64,000 nt of DNA from Squalus acanthias (lineage: Eukaryota). Of this stretch, positions 24,065-36,837 are shown in pieces. The position numbers and the translations under genes are program-made. The stretch spans positions 1 through 64,000 of the forward strand of contig JASTWF010000035.1 of the NCBI GenBank assembly GCA_030390025.1. Direction: 5' to 3'. How positions within the stretch are numbered: position 1 is the first letter of the stretch; every line of letters begins with the position of its first letter. The notes under the pieces are model-generated. The model did not search any database. It was not told the origin of the DNA and saw nothing but the letters and a program-made list of their open reading frames with translations.

Positions 24065-27000
24065 CTAAATTCTGCGAAGGCTGCCCCGAGCTTTTCCCAG
24101 TGGTGGGAGGGCACTGACCCCTTCCTTTGATCTGCCGCAGCCTGTCGCCGCTGCGCTGGGACTGGGATCTCCCTGGGCTGCCTTGACCTTGAACTTACGC
24201 CTGGGGGTGCACGGGGGATTCGGCCACGACTTCCTGGGCTGGGGTGTCCGACCTGACCTACGGAGGGCTACTTTGGGCAAGATTTCCAGGGCCGACGGAC
24301 CAGGAACCAAGACTTCCACCGTCGCGGCCTGTGGTTCCACCACAGCCGCTGGCTCCGTCTCCCCTGGCTCCGCCCCCCTGAACTCGGGATTTGCAGTTTC
24401 TGGCTCCACCCTACTTGGCCCAGTATGTGGTCCTCCACTCGCAATCCCTACCTTCCCCAAGGGCAAGACTTCCAGGGCCGACGGACCGGGTACCGAGACT
24501 TCCACCGTCATGGCCGGTGGTCCTACCACAGCCGCTGGCTCCGTCTCCCCTAGCTCCGCCTCCCTGGGCTCGGGATCTGCAGTTTCCGATTCCACCCTGT
24601 GTGGATCTCCACTCGCAGCCCCTATCTCCCCTGAGCTTGAGTCGAGGACGAAACTTTCGTCCTCCGACCCCAGCACCTCTCCGATCGGGTCACTACCTTG
24701 GTCAAGCTCCTCGAGCTCTTCCTCACCTGAATCCCAACACCAAGAAAAGATCCTACACTTTTCTAGAATGTCCTCTCCCCTCAAGCAGGCTGCTTTACCG
24801 GTCTGTGTGCCCTGTGGTCCTACCCGGGGCTGCGAGTCCCCACTCGCAGGTCTGGCCCCTGTGATTGGCCCCTGTGCTCCCGGCTTATACAACTTGCACT
24901 GGTTAATGTGGAACCATTTCGTGCGCCGAGGTACCTTTACAGCGTACACCATGGGACTCGCTTTATCTACAATACTGTAGGGTCCCATATACAGTGGTTC
25001 CAAACTCCCTACTCTGGCATAGTTCCTAACCATGACCTGATCTCCGACTTCCCACTCCTGCTTCTTACGGGGTTCCAGCAACAGGCGATTGCCCTGATGC
25101 TGTCTTCCCATGTTCCCAGCTGCCTGCTCATAAACCTGCTTCAGGCGTTCCAAGAGGGTCTGGACAAACTTGTCCCGTTTCACCTCTTGGAGCTGTACCT
25201 CAGTGAGCACCGGGGCTAGGACATGGGTGGGGGTTCGCATGATCCTACCAGTCATCACCTCGTACGGGGAATACCCCGTACTCTTCGACTGGCTGGCCCG
25301 GATTCCCATGAGGACGAGAGGCAGAACCTCCGCCCATTTTTGGGGCGAGTTCATAGTCTCTTTCCTCAGCTTCTCCTTGAGGGTCCGGTTCATGCGTTCA
25401 ACAATCCCGGATGACTGGGGATTGTGCGCTACGTGCCACTTCCCTTCAATGCCCAAAAGCATGAGGGTGTTCTGCATCACCTGGCCGGTGAAATGACTCC
25501 CTTGGTCTGACTCCACGAAACGGGGGAGACCCCACCGCGAGAACACTTCCCGGACCAAGATCTTGGCAGTACCCAGCGCCGTAGCTGTTCTACAGGGGAA
25601 GGCTTCTACCCATTTGGAAAACACATCCACCAAGACGAGGCAGTATTTGTAGCCTCCCTGGGTGGTGGGCAGGGGCCCTATGCAATCGATCTGTATCGAC
25701 TGTCATGGTCCTTCCACCCTCCTGATGTGCCCCATGTGCACTTTCCTTTTCTGGGGGTCTGGGTTGTTTGCAGCGCACACAAGACAGTTTGCACAGAACT
25801 CGCGGACCTGCTCCCTGAGTCTTGGCCACCATCCCGCCTGCTCTACCCGTTGCCAGGTAACCTCAGGCCCGGGGTGTCCTGCCCCCGGCCCCTCATGAGC
25901 CAACTGGAGGAATTCCCTCCTGTGCTGCTGCGGCACAACCCACTGTTCTTTGCGGAACAGCATGCCTTCTTTAACGGAAAGGGTTGCCGTACTGTACGGG
26001 CCCTCTACCTGCTTACCCTCAGTAATCGTTCTGAGAACTGCTTTTAGGGCGGGATCCTGGTTCTGGACGGTCTTAAGGTCTAGGGGCAGTGCTACCCTGG
26101 TGTTCCCGGGATTCCCTTCCCTGCCTTGGATCGCTGCCACGGGTCCGGGTCCATAGGGGTCCCAGAAAATGCCGTTACGGGCACCCTCCCTGGCTAGCGC
26201 ATCCGCCTGCTGGTTGCCCTCCCCGCGGGGCTCTGTGGAGGAGTGAGCCTTCACCTTATGGATGAAAATCTCCCCTTCCTCCCCTACTGCTGCTAGGATC
26301 TTTCCAGCAAGGGCTTCACCGTTAAAGGTCGCCCGTCCGCGGAGGTGTATCCGCGGCGGGACCAAATGGCCAGGTATTCCGTACACGAATTGCACGTAAA
26401 CATACTGTCCGAACAAATCGTGTATGGGGTTGGGAAAATTTCTGGGTGGGTAACGACGTACGCCACCGCAGACAGCTCAGCCTGCTGCGCGCTCATGGTG
26501 CTGGGGAGTTTAATCGCCAGGGCAAGGTTTGCCGCAGGGTCATAAACTCCACACCCTGTGAGTCGTTCGCCAGCGGACATTGTGCTGGAACCATCAACAT
26601 AAATCTCGCGACCTGTGGGATGTATCCCGGCCCGTAAACCTATGTTGACCTCCCACACCCCTTCCACCGAACACCGGTGGGCTGTTCCGGGGTATACCAA
26701 GTTGGCCGCAAGCCTGGGCTCGCAAAGACCTTTAACTCTCAGATCCATCTGGGAAAGGAGAAGGGTCCAGCGCGCAATTCGAGCGCTGCTTACGGTCCCA
26801 TCCTTAATCCTCCCATCTAGAAGCATCTTAGTTGGTGTGTGATGGGTGAGGAGAGTGATGGGAGAGAGCCCTGTGAAGATCGCTGATCTTTTCATAGCCC
26901 AATGCGTGGCTAAAAGATGCCTTTCGCAATTGGAGAAACTCCTCTCCACATCCGTTAACACCCTGGACGAATAGACAACCGGCCTCAGCTTGCCGTGACG

Positions 27001-27190
27001 CTCTTGGAGCAGCACAGCGCTCAAGCTGTCTCCGCTGGCAGCTACCTCCAGGAAAAACTCCTTCCCCCCATCTATGGCCCCTAAAGCTGGCGCGGTCTGT
27101 AAATCCCTTTTTAACTTCTCGAATGCAGCCTGGCAACCCTCGTCCCAAAACCACTCCACTCCCTTATGGAGGAGTCGGAGCAGCGGTGTC
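24065..27190 (-). pseudogene. pol: ERV-1 pol remnant: RT thumb, degenerate RNase H tether, RNase H, integrase + ~270-aa C-terminal extension
   Basis: EVAAS/VVYSSR tether; IYVDGS, AQQAEL, CSDS RNase H; H-H-C-C; IDCIGP, SDQGSHF, VERMNRTLK; GPY; frameshift near 26300 and stop at 25703. Confidence 0.88.
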
Positions 27191-28907
27191 TCTCCTCTAT
27201 AGATGTCCATCTCTCCTCCATAGCAGACAATCTATTTTGAAGAGTCACCATGTTTTCGTTAGTCTGACGATTTATGTCCTCCATGGCGGTTGCCACCCTC
27301 TCCATGGCGGAACGTTCATGCACCATTGCCTCCACAAAGGCAGTGCTCATGTTACAGATGGACTCCTCCATTCTCAGTAACCCTGGAGACAAAACCTGTC
27401 AGAGACTCCTGCACTTGTTCCTGGAGTTCCAGCTCTCTTTCTGGATGGCCCCAGAGGCACAGGGTCGACATGCAGCTGAGCAGAGCTGGGAGCACCCTAC
27501 GGCCTCCGACGAGGACTCTCCACTGCTGTCCTGTCTCCACCACCTGCTGATGCTCACTTGTGTGTTGGGATACACCAGGTGACAACACTACTCTATCTCG
27601 CGAAGGACCCACTGAGGTGTGCGTCTCTGCGCTAGTGCTGGGTGCGCTCAATCCTGCTGATGCTGCGCCCTCAGAGGTTGCAGCTTCCTCTGAGGAGTCT
27701 TCTGGCTCTTTCTCCTGGACAGTGGGGAGGGGAGCTCTCAATGGTCCTGTGGGGGAGTAAAGGCATGAGGTAGACATGTGATATTAACGTAGCAGGCACA
27801 TCGACTTGTGCAGATGATCATAACTCAATCTGTATGAACATCAGATGCCATATCAGTCACTGATGCAATGTAAATGAGAGGGCTGCAAATTTATTCTGTC
27901 ACCAGCTTGCTCTACTGCGCCCGTCTGACCGTCCCCCACTTCCAGATCCTCAGCACCTCCTACGATGTCGAGAGCAGCTTCCTCAGCGGTGATCAGCTGG
28001 GCAATGGAAGGTGGCCCTCCTCCTGTCCTGGCCCTCTTCCTCTTATTGTGGGCTCTCTATTCCTGCAATGAGGGACACAAGTGGAGTTTGAGTGAGAATG
28101 TTGGAGTGAGTGTAGAGAATCCATAGCATAGATGCTTAGAGGGAGACAAAGATGGAGTGAGGTGCCAATACCAAGGCCCATCCCTGTGCGTTGTTAGTTG
28201 TCATTGCATAACTGTGATAGCGAGTGTGAGGGGTGCATAGTAGAATGGTGAAGTGATTGTGTACATAGAGAGCGAGGGATGGTTAAGGGTGCAAGGGATG
28301 TAAGGGTAAAGTGGGATGTGCAGGAGTAGGTTGACAATGCAGAGTGCTGGTGATGAGAGGAGATGGGGAGCAGATTGAGGGTAAGTGTGATGTTATACTC
28401 ACTGTTCCTGAGCGTACCAGGTCATTGAACCTTTTCCTGCACTGCACCCAGGTTCGAGCACACAACGGTCTGGAGCTGACCTCCTCAGCAATTTGCAGCC
28501 AGGCTGCTTTGCTGTGGAGGCTTCCTCCGTCCAGAGGATGGGAATATTACCTCCTTGTGCCCTCTCACTCCCTCCACAAGAGCATGGAGGGAGTCATCAT
28601 CAAATCAGGGAGAGGCTTGGCTCTTGTAGCAGTCATTTTCACAAGTGGTACAACGAGAAGCAGCAGGAAAGGATGGATGAGAAACAATGCTGCATGGGCC
28701 CCTTAAATACAGCTGGCTGACAGACGTCAGCAGAGGCGAGCAGCAGACCCGAACCCACTGATTGGGCCCAGTACCGCGCACGGAGACCTTAATCAGGCCA
28801 CTTAAGGGAAAATCTTAATTCCTGGGCGGCTGAAAGCGGCAGCGGGACCGGAACCCGCCGAACATCAAAGCCGCCTCCAACCCGCCTCCATTGATAAAAT
28901 CGCAGCC
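27190..28907 (-). mobile_element. PIF/Harbinger-like DNA transposon remnant with Myb/SANT ORF
   Basis: AWLQIAEEVSS...RTWVQCRKRFNDL at 28400-28510; GC-rich subterminal region ending GGCTGCGATTTT at 28907. Confidence 0.65.
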
Positions 28908-29760
28908 AAAGAGTCTGCAAAGGGATATAGATAGGTTAAGTGAGTGGGCAAAAAATTGGCAGATGGAGTATAATGTGGGAAAATGTGAGGTTATCCACTT
29001 TGGTAGGAAAAATAAAAAAGCAAAATATTATTTAAATGGAGAGAAACTACAGAATGCTGCGGTACAGAGGGATCTGGGTGTCCTCGTACATGAAACACAA
29101 AAGGTTAACATGCAGGTACAGCAAGTAATTAGGAAGGCAAATGGAATGTTGGCCTTTATTTCAAGGCGGATAGAGTATAAAAGTAGGGAAGTCCTGCTAC
29201 AACTGTTTTGGGTGCTGGTGAGACCACACATGGAGTACTGCGTGCAGTTTTGGTCGTCTCATTTAAGGAGGGATATACTTGCATTGGAGGCAGTTCAGAG
29301 AAGGTTCACTAGATTGATTCCTGAGATGAAGGGTTTGTCTTATGAAGAAAGGTTGAGCAGGTTGGGCCTATACTCATTGGAGTTTAGAAGAATGAGAGGT
29401 GACCTTATTGTAACATATAAGATACTGAGGGGGCTTGACAAGTTCGATGCAGAGAGGATGTTTCCCCTCGTGGGGAAATCTAGAACTAGGGGGCATAGTT
29501 TCAGAATAAGGGGTCGTCCATTTAAGACGGAGATGAAGAGGAATTTCTTCTCTCAGAGGGTCGTGAATCTTTGGAATTCTCTACCCCAGAGAGCTGTGGA
29601 GGCGGAGTCATTGAATATATTCAAGGCGCAGATAGACAGATTTTTGAAAAACAGGGGAATCAAGGGTTATGGGGAGCGGGCGGGAAAGTGGAGTTGAGGC
29701 CAAGATCAGATCAGCCATGATCTTATTGAATGGCGGGGCAGGCTCGAGGGGCCGAATAGT
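28908..29760 (+). mobile_element. CR1 LINE 3' fragment
   Basis: ORF 28891-29697: LQRDIDRLSEWA...RPHMEYCVQFWS...RNFFSQRVV. Confidence 0.9.
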
Positions 29761-30039
29761 ATAGATGCATTTAAGGGGAGGCTAGATAAACATATGAGGG
29801 AGAAGGGAATAGAGGGTTATGCTGATAGATTTAGATGAGGAAAGACGGGAGGAGGCTCGAGTGGAGCACAAACGCTGGTATGGACTGGTTGGGCCAAATG
29901 GCCTGTTTCTGTGCCGTATATCCGATGTAATCCTGCGTAACTATTTATGTGTTTATAACATTTTTTGAAATCAGGAGTTGTGTTTGGAAATCAGCCTCCT
30001 GCTGGAATCGTGACTAAAGTGTCTTCTGGGCTCCGGCAG

Positions 30040-30149
30040 GTGTGACGGTGAATGCTGTTCACCCGGGACTGGTGATGACGGAGATAATGAGGAATCAAAG
30101 ATTGTACTTGCGAGTCATCTTGAATCTGATCGGAACCTTTTTCTTCAAG
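30040..30149 (+). CDS. RDH-like SDR, copy A, exon 5
   Basis: GGCAG acceptor, GTCAGT donor; (G)VTVNAVHPGLVMTEIMRN...FFFK. Confidence 0.92.
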
Positions 30150-30429
30150 GTCAGTGCCCAAGAGAAGCATCAGTCACACGCCCGCCTCCACTGGCACTCG
30201 ATGCCAAGGGCAACACTGAATGATTCACTGTGTGTCCGTGGAGTCTAATAACGAGGTCATTAAACCCTGTCCCAATCAATGAGTCGGTCATTAAACCCTG
30301 TCCCAATCAATGAGTCGGTATTTAAATCTCTTGCTACAATAATTCTACTCCTCTCGCAAACCTGTCTACAGATTTACTTTTGCATTTCCCTCCCAGAATG
30401 AGGGGTGGGTAATATAAACCCACCATAGC

Positions 30430-30990
30430 AACATAGGAACAGGTGGAGGCCATTCAGCCCCTCGAGCTTGTTCCGCCATTCAATCAGATCATGGCTGATC
30501 TGTGACCTAACTCCATATACCCTTTGCCCCATATCCCTGAATACCTTTGGTTAACAAAAAGCTGTCAATCTCAGATTTAAAATTAACAATTGATCTAGCA
30601 TCAATTGCCGTTTGCGGAAGAGAGTTCCAAACTTCTACCACCCTTTGTGTGTAGAAGTGTTTCCTAATTTCACTCCTGAAAGGTCTGGCTCTAATTTTTA
30701 GACTATACCCCCTAGTCCTAGAATCCCCAACCAGTGGAAATAATTTCTCTCTATCTACCCTAACAGTTCCCCTTAATATCCTGAAAACTTCGATCAGATC
30801 ACCCCTTAACCTTCTAAATTCCAGGGAATACAAGCCTAGTTGTGTAATCGCTCCTCGTAACTTAACCCTTGAAGACCGGTATCATTCTGGTAAACCTACA
30901 CTGCACTCCCTCCAAGACCAGTCTATCCTTCCTAAGGTGTGGTGCCCAAAACTGCTCAGTACTCCAGGTGTGGTCTAACCAGGGCTTCGT
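30430..30990 (-). mobile_element. CR1 LINE 3' fragment
   Basis: YSLEFRRLRGDLIEVF...FYTQRVVEVWNSLP. Confidence 0.85.
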
Positions 30991-31009
30991 CTGGGTCCAT
31001 TTTCCGTTC

Positions 31010-33540
31010 CCTGTACTCCTCTCCCTTCACTGTACACCTCTCCCTTCACTGTAAACCTCTCCCTTCACTGTACACCTCTCCCTTCACTGTAAACCTCTCC
31101 CTTCACTGTACACCTCTCCCTTCACTGTACACCTCTCCCTTCACTGTACACCTCTTCCTTCACTGTAAACCTCTCCCTTCACTGTACACCTCTCCCTTCA
31201 CTGTACACCTCTCCCTTCACTGTACACCTCTCCCTTCACTGTACTCCTCTCCCTTCACTGTACTCCTCTCCCTTCACTGTACTCCTCTCCCTTCACTGTA
31301 CACCTCTCCCTTCACTGTACACCTCTCCCTTCACTGTACACCTCTCCCTTCACTGTACTCCAATCCCTTCACTGTACACCTCTCCCTTCATTGTACTCCT
31401 CTCCCTTCACTGTACTCCTCTCCCTTCACTGTACACCTCTCCCTTCACTGTACACCTCTTCCTTCACTGTAAACCTCTCCCTTCACTGTACACCTCTCCC
31501 TTCACTGTACACCTCTCCCTTCACTGTACACCTCTCCCTTCACTGTACTCCTCTCCCTTCACTGTACTCCTCTCCCTTCACTGTACTCCTCTCCCTTCAC
31601 TGTACACCTCTCCCTTCACTGTACACCTCTCCCTTCACTGTACACCTCTCCCTTCACTGTACTCCAATCCCTTCACTGTACACCTCTCCCTTCATTGTAC
31701 TCCTCTCCCTTCACTGTACTCCTCTCCCTTCACTGTACACCTCTCCCTTCACTGTACAACTCTCCCTTCACTGTACACCTCCCCCTTCACTGTACTCCTC
31801 TCCCTTCACTGTACACCTCTCCCTTCACTGTACACCTCTCCCTTCACTGTACACCTCTCCCTTCACTGTACAACTCTCCCTTCACTGTACACCTCCCCCT
31901 TCACTGTACTCCTCTCCCTTCACTGTACACCTCTCCCTTCACTGTACAACTCTCCCTTCACTGTACACCTCCCCCTTCACTGTACTCCTCTCCCTTCACT
32001 GTACTCCTCTCCCTTCACTGTACTCCTCTCCCTTCACTGTACTCCTCTCCCTTCACTGTACTCCTCTCCCTTCACTGTACTCCTCTCCCTTCACTGTACT
32101 CCTCTCCCTTCACTGTACACCTTTCTCTTCACTGTACTCCTCTCCCTTCACTATACACCTCTCCCTTCACTGTAAACCTCTCCCTTCACTGTACACCTCT
32201 CCCTTCACTGTACTCCTCACCCTTCACTGTACACCTCTCCCTTCACTGTACTCCTCTCCCTTTACTGTACACCTCTCCCTTCACTGTACTCCTCTCCCTT
32301 CACTGTACACCTCTCCCTTCACTGTACTCCTCACCCTCCACTGTACACCTCTCCCTTCACTGTACACCTCTCCCTTCACTGTACACCTCGCCCTTCACTG
32401 TGCACCTCTCCCTTCACTGTACACCTCGCCCTTCACTGTACACCTCTCCCATCACTGTACACCTCGCCCTTCACTGTACTCCTCTCCCTTCACTGTACAC
32501 CTCTCCCTTCACTGTACTCCTCACCCTCCACTGTACACCTCTCCCATCACTGTACACCTCTTCCTTCACTGTGCTCCTCACCCTTCACTGTACTCCTCTC
32601 CCTTCACTGTACACCTCGCCCTTCACTGTACACCTCTCCCTTCACTGTACTCCTCGCCCTTCACTGTACACCTCTCCCTTCACTGTACACCTCGCCCTTC
32701 ACTGTACACCTCTCCCTTCACTGTACACCTCTCCCTTCACTGTACTCCTCTCCCTTCACTGTACACCTCTCCCTTCACTGTACACCTCGCCCTTCACTGT
32801 ACACCTCGCCCTTCACTGTACACCTCGCCCTTCACTGTACTCCTCGCCCTTCACTGTACACCTCTCCGTTCACTGTACACCTCTCCCTTCACTGTACACA
32901 TCGCCCTTCGCTGTACACCTCGCCCTTTGCTGTACACCTCTCCCTTCGCTGTACGCCTCTCTCTTCACTGTACGCCTCTCTCTTCACTGTACACCTCTCC
33001 CTTCACTGTGCACCTCTCCCTTCACTGTACTCCTCGCCCTTCACTGTACTCCTCGCCCTTCACTGTACTCCTCTCCCTTCACTGTACACCTCTCCCTTCA
33101 CTGTACTCATCTCCCTTCACTATACACCTCTCCCTTCACTGTACACCTCTCCCTTCACTGTACCCCTCTCCCTTCACTGTACACCTCGCCCTTCACTGTA
33201 CACCTCTCCCTTCACTGTACACCTCTCCCTTCACTGTACACCTCGCCCTTCACTGTACACCTCTCCCTTCACTGTACACCTCTCCCTTCACTGTACTCCT
33301 TGCCTTTCACTGTACACCTCGCCCTTCGCTGTACACCTCGCCCTTCGCTGTACGCCTCTCTCTTCACTGTACTCCTCTCCCTTCACTGTACTCCTCTCCC
33401 TTCACTGTACTCCTCTCCCTTCACTGTACACCTCTCCCTTCACTGTACTCCTCTCCCTTCACTGTACACCTCTCCCTTCACTGTACTCCTCTCCCTTCAC
33501 TGTACTCCTCTCCCTTCACTGTCCTCCTCTCCCTTCACTG
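31010..33540. repeat. 19-bp minisatellite (CTGTACACCTCTCCCTTCA)n
   Basis: About 130 tandem units; source of the long spurious ORFs. Confidence 0.96.
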
Positions 33541-33618
33541 TTCTGAATTGAAGAGAATGGTCGAGCACATTGACTTCTTGATGTTTTGTTTGACGTTCTG
33601 CAATTCTCTGCGTTCCAG

Positions 33619-33822
33619 TCTGCCGAGGAAGGAGCCGTGAGCACCATCTACTGTGCTGTGTCCAATGAAATGGAAGGGGTCAGTGGGAAGTACATCGACA
33701 GCGACTGCTCCCTCGCGCTGCCCTGTCCAACAGCTCAAGACCAAGCCTTAGCTAAAAAGCTGTGGGACGTCAGTGAGTCGCTCACCGGCCTCGACAAGAG
33801 GACAACTGGAGAGACAAGTTAA
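33619..33822 (+). CDS. RDH-like SDR, copy A, last coding exon
   Basis: TTCCAG acceptor; [14 protein letters not shown]...SGKYIDSDC...[13 protein letters not shown]; with an exon 1 like copy B's the six exons total 1014 nt (337 aa). Confidence 0.93.
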   Translation, partial: SAEEGAVSTIYCAVSNEMEGVSGKYIDSDCSLALPCPTAQDQALAKKLWDVSESLTGLDKRTTGETS

Positions 33823-33894
33823 TGGAATGTGATTCCTCCCAGGCAGTCCTTAGAGCAACACATGGAGTGCAACTCGAAATAGCTGCTCTGAGCC

Positions 33895-35390
33895 TCCCAC
33901 CTCCCGTCCCCTCCCTCTCCCCCTCCCCCTCCCCCTCCCCCTCCCCCTCCCCCTCCCCCTCCCCCTCCCCCTCCCCTCCCCCTCCCCTCTCCCCCTCCCC
34001 CTCCCCTCTCCCTCCCCCTCTCCCCTCTCCCTCCCCCTCCCCCTCCCCCTCCCCCTCCCCCCCCTCTCCCTCCCCCTCTCCCTCTCCCTCCCCCTCCCCT
34101 CTCCCCTCCCCCTCCCCCCCCTCTCCCCTCCCCCTCACCCTCCCCTCTCCCTCCACCTCCCCCTCCCCCTCTCCCTCCCCCTCCCCCTCTCCCCCTCCCC
34201 TCCCCCCCCCCCCCTCTCCCTCTCCCATCCCCCTCTCCTCCCCTCTCCCTCCCCCCTCCCCCTCTCCCTCCCCCTCCCTCCCCCCTCCCCCTCTCCCTCC
34301 CCCTCCCCCTCTCCCCTCCCCCTCCCCCTCCCCCTCTCCCTCTCCCTCCCCCCTCCCCTCCTCCCCCTCCCCCCCTCTCCCTCCCCCCACTCTCCCTCCT
34401 CCCCCTCTCCCTCCCCCTCCCCCTCCCCCTCTCCCTCCCCCCCACCTCCCCTCTCCCCCCCCCCCCTCCCCCTCCTCCTCTCCCCTCCCCCCCCCTCTCC
34501 CTCCCCCTCCCCCTCTCCCCTCCCCCCCCCTCCCCCCCTCCCCTCCCCCCCCACCTCTCCCTCTCCCACCCCCTCCCCCCCTCCCCCTCCCTCTCCCTCC
34601 CCCCCCCTCCCCTCTCCTCCCCCTCCCCCTTCTCCCCTCCCCTCCCCCTCTCCTCTCTCCCTCCCCTCCCCCTCCCCTCCCCCTCTCCCTCCCCCTCCCC
34701 CCTCCCCCTCCCCTCCCTCTCCCCTCTCCGTCCCCCTACCCCTCTCCCCCACCTCTCCCATCCCCTTCCCCTCCCCTCCCACACCTCTTTTCCCCTCCTC
34801 CTCCCCTCTCCCCTCCCCTCTCCCCTCCCCCTTCCCCCTCCCCCTTTCCCTCCCCATCTCCCTGCCCCTCCCCCCTCTCCCCTCTCCCCTCCCCCTCTTT
34901 CCTCCCCCTTTCCCTCCCCTCCCCTCCCCTCTCCACACCTCCTTTTTCCCCCTCTCCCTCGCCCCTCCCTCCCCCCCGCTCCCCGCTCCCCCTCTCTCCC
35001 TCCCCCTCCCCCTCCCCCGTCCCCCTCCCCCTCTTCCCTCCCCCTCCGCCCTCCCCCTCTCCCTCTCCCCCTCCCCCTCTCCCTCCCCTCCCCCTCCCCC
35101 TCCCCCTCCCCCCTCCACCTCCCCCTCCCCTCCCCTCTCCCTCTCCCCTCCCCCTCCCCCTCCCCCTCTCCCCTCCCCCTCTCCGTCCCCCTACCCCTCT
35201 CCCCCACCTCTCCCATCCCCTTCCCCTCCCCTCTCCACACCTCTTTTCCCCTCTCCCCCCCTCCCCCTCTCCCCGCTCCCCTCTCCCCCGCTCCCCTCTC
35301 CTCCCCTCTGCACCCCTCCCCTCCCCACTCCGCTCTTCTCCGCTGCCTCCCCCCTCCCCTCCCTTCTCATCCACTCCACTCCCCTCTCAT
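33895..35390. repeat. ~1.5-kb C-rich polypyrimidine tract
   Basis: Almost pure (CCCCT/CCCCCT)n. Confidence 0.95.
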
Positions 35391-35639
35391 AGCAATTTAG
35401 CAACACAGGAACAGGAGGAGGCCATTCAGCTCCTTCAGCCTGTTCCGCCAGTCAATGACATCATGGCTGATCTGTGACCTAACTCCATATACCCGCCTTT
35501 GCCCCATATCCCTGAATACCTTTGGATAACAAAAATGTAGTAATCTCAGATTTAAAATGAACAATTGACCCAGCATCAATGGCCATTTGCGGAAGAGAGT
35601 TCCAAACTTCTCCCCCTTTGTGTGTAGAAGTGTTTCCTA

Positions 35640-36690
35640 AGTTCGGGTCGGCAGGCTGTAACGAGTGGGGTACCACAAGGATCAGTGCTTGGGCCTCAGC
35701 TACTCACAATCTGCATCAATGATTTGGATGAGGGGACCAAATGTAATATATCCAAGTTTGCTGATGATACAAAGCTGGGTGGGAATGTAAGTTGTGAGGA
35801 GGATGCAAGGAGGCTTCAAGGGGATATAGACAGGCTAAGTGAGTGGGCAAGAACATGGCAAATGGAATATAATGTGGAGAAATGTGAAGTTATCCACTTT
35901 GGTAGGAAAAATAGAAAAGCAGAGTATTTTTAAATGGTGAGAGATTGGGAAATGTTGGTGTTCAGAGGGACCTGGGTGTCCTTGTACATGAATCACTGAA
36001 AGTTAACATGCAGGTACAGCAAGCAATTAGGAAAGCAAATGATATTTATTACAAGAGGATTTCAGTATCGGAGTAAAGACTGGAATCAGAAAGGGCCCTG
36101 GTGAGACCACACCTGGAGTATTGTGTACAGTTTTGGTCTCCTTACCTAAGGAAGGATATACTTGCCATTGAGGGAGTGCAACGAAGGTTCACCAGACTAG
36201 TTCCTGGGATGGGGGGATTGTCCTATGAGGAGAGATTGTGTAGAATGGGCCTATCCTCTCTGGAGTTTAGAAGAATGAGAGGTGATCTCATTGAAACATA
36301 CAAAATTTTTACAGGGCTTGACAGGGTAGATGCAGGGAGGATGTTTCCCTTGTCTCAGGGGTCTAGAACCAGGGGTAACAGTTTTAGAATAAGGGGTCAG
36401 CCATTTAGGACTGAGATGAGGAGAAATTTCTTCACTCAGAGGGTGGTGAATCTTTGGAATTCTCTACCCCAGAGGGCTGTGGAGGCTCAGTCGTTGAGTA
36501 TATTCAAGACTGAGATCGATAGATTTTTGGATATTAAGGGAATCAAGGGATATGGGGATAGTGCAGGAAAGTGGAGATGAGGTCGAAGATCAGCCATGAT
36601 CTTATTGAATGGTGGAACAGGCTCGAGGGGCCAAATGACCAACTCCTGCTCCTATTTCTTATGTTCTTTTGTTCCTATGTTCTTGTCCTC
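35640..36690 (+). mobile_element. CR1 LINE 3' fragment (preceded by an oppositely oriented CR1 tail, 35390-35640)
   Basis: SKFADDTKLGG, RPHLEYCVQFWSP; internal stop and deletion. Confidence 0.88.
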
Positions 36691-36837
36691 CACTCCCCTC
36701 CCCTCTCCTCCATTCCCTGCTATATAACATAATCTCGTATATAGCCTTCTATATAACACCCTTATATAGCACAACCTCATATATAACATACCCTGCTATA
36801 TAACACAACCTATATAACACAACCTCATATATAACAT

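Larger units (their letters stand above)
19406..27190 (-). mobile_element. ERV-1: 5'-truncated lokiretrovirus-like endogenous element (partial pol, env, 3' LTR)
   Basis: tether-RNaseH-IN, env, PPT AGGAGGGAC and LTR in retroviral order; env and LTR termini homologous to ERV-2. Confidence 0.85.

Noticed and set aside
30939..33640. Long ORFs (749, 618 aa) and similar ORFs at 1022-2255, 38285-39957, 45865-47982
   Set aside because: Translations of stop-free minisatellites; open in several frames with period equal to the DNA unit.
33782..35477. Pro-rich/Gly-rich ORFs resembling extensin or formin (also 43349-44233)
   Set aside because: Artefacts of C-rich/G-rich low-complexity DNA.
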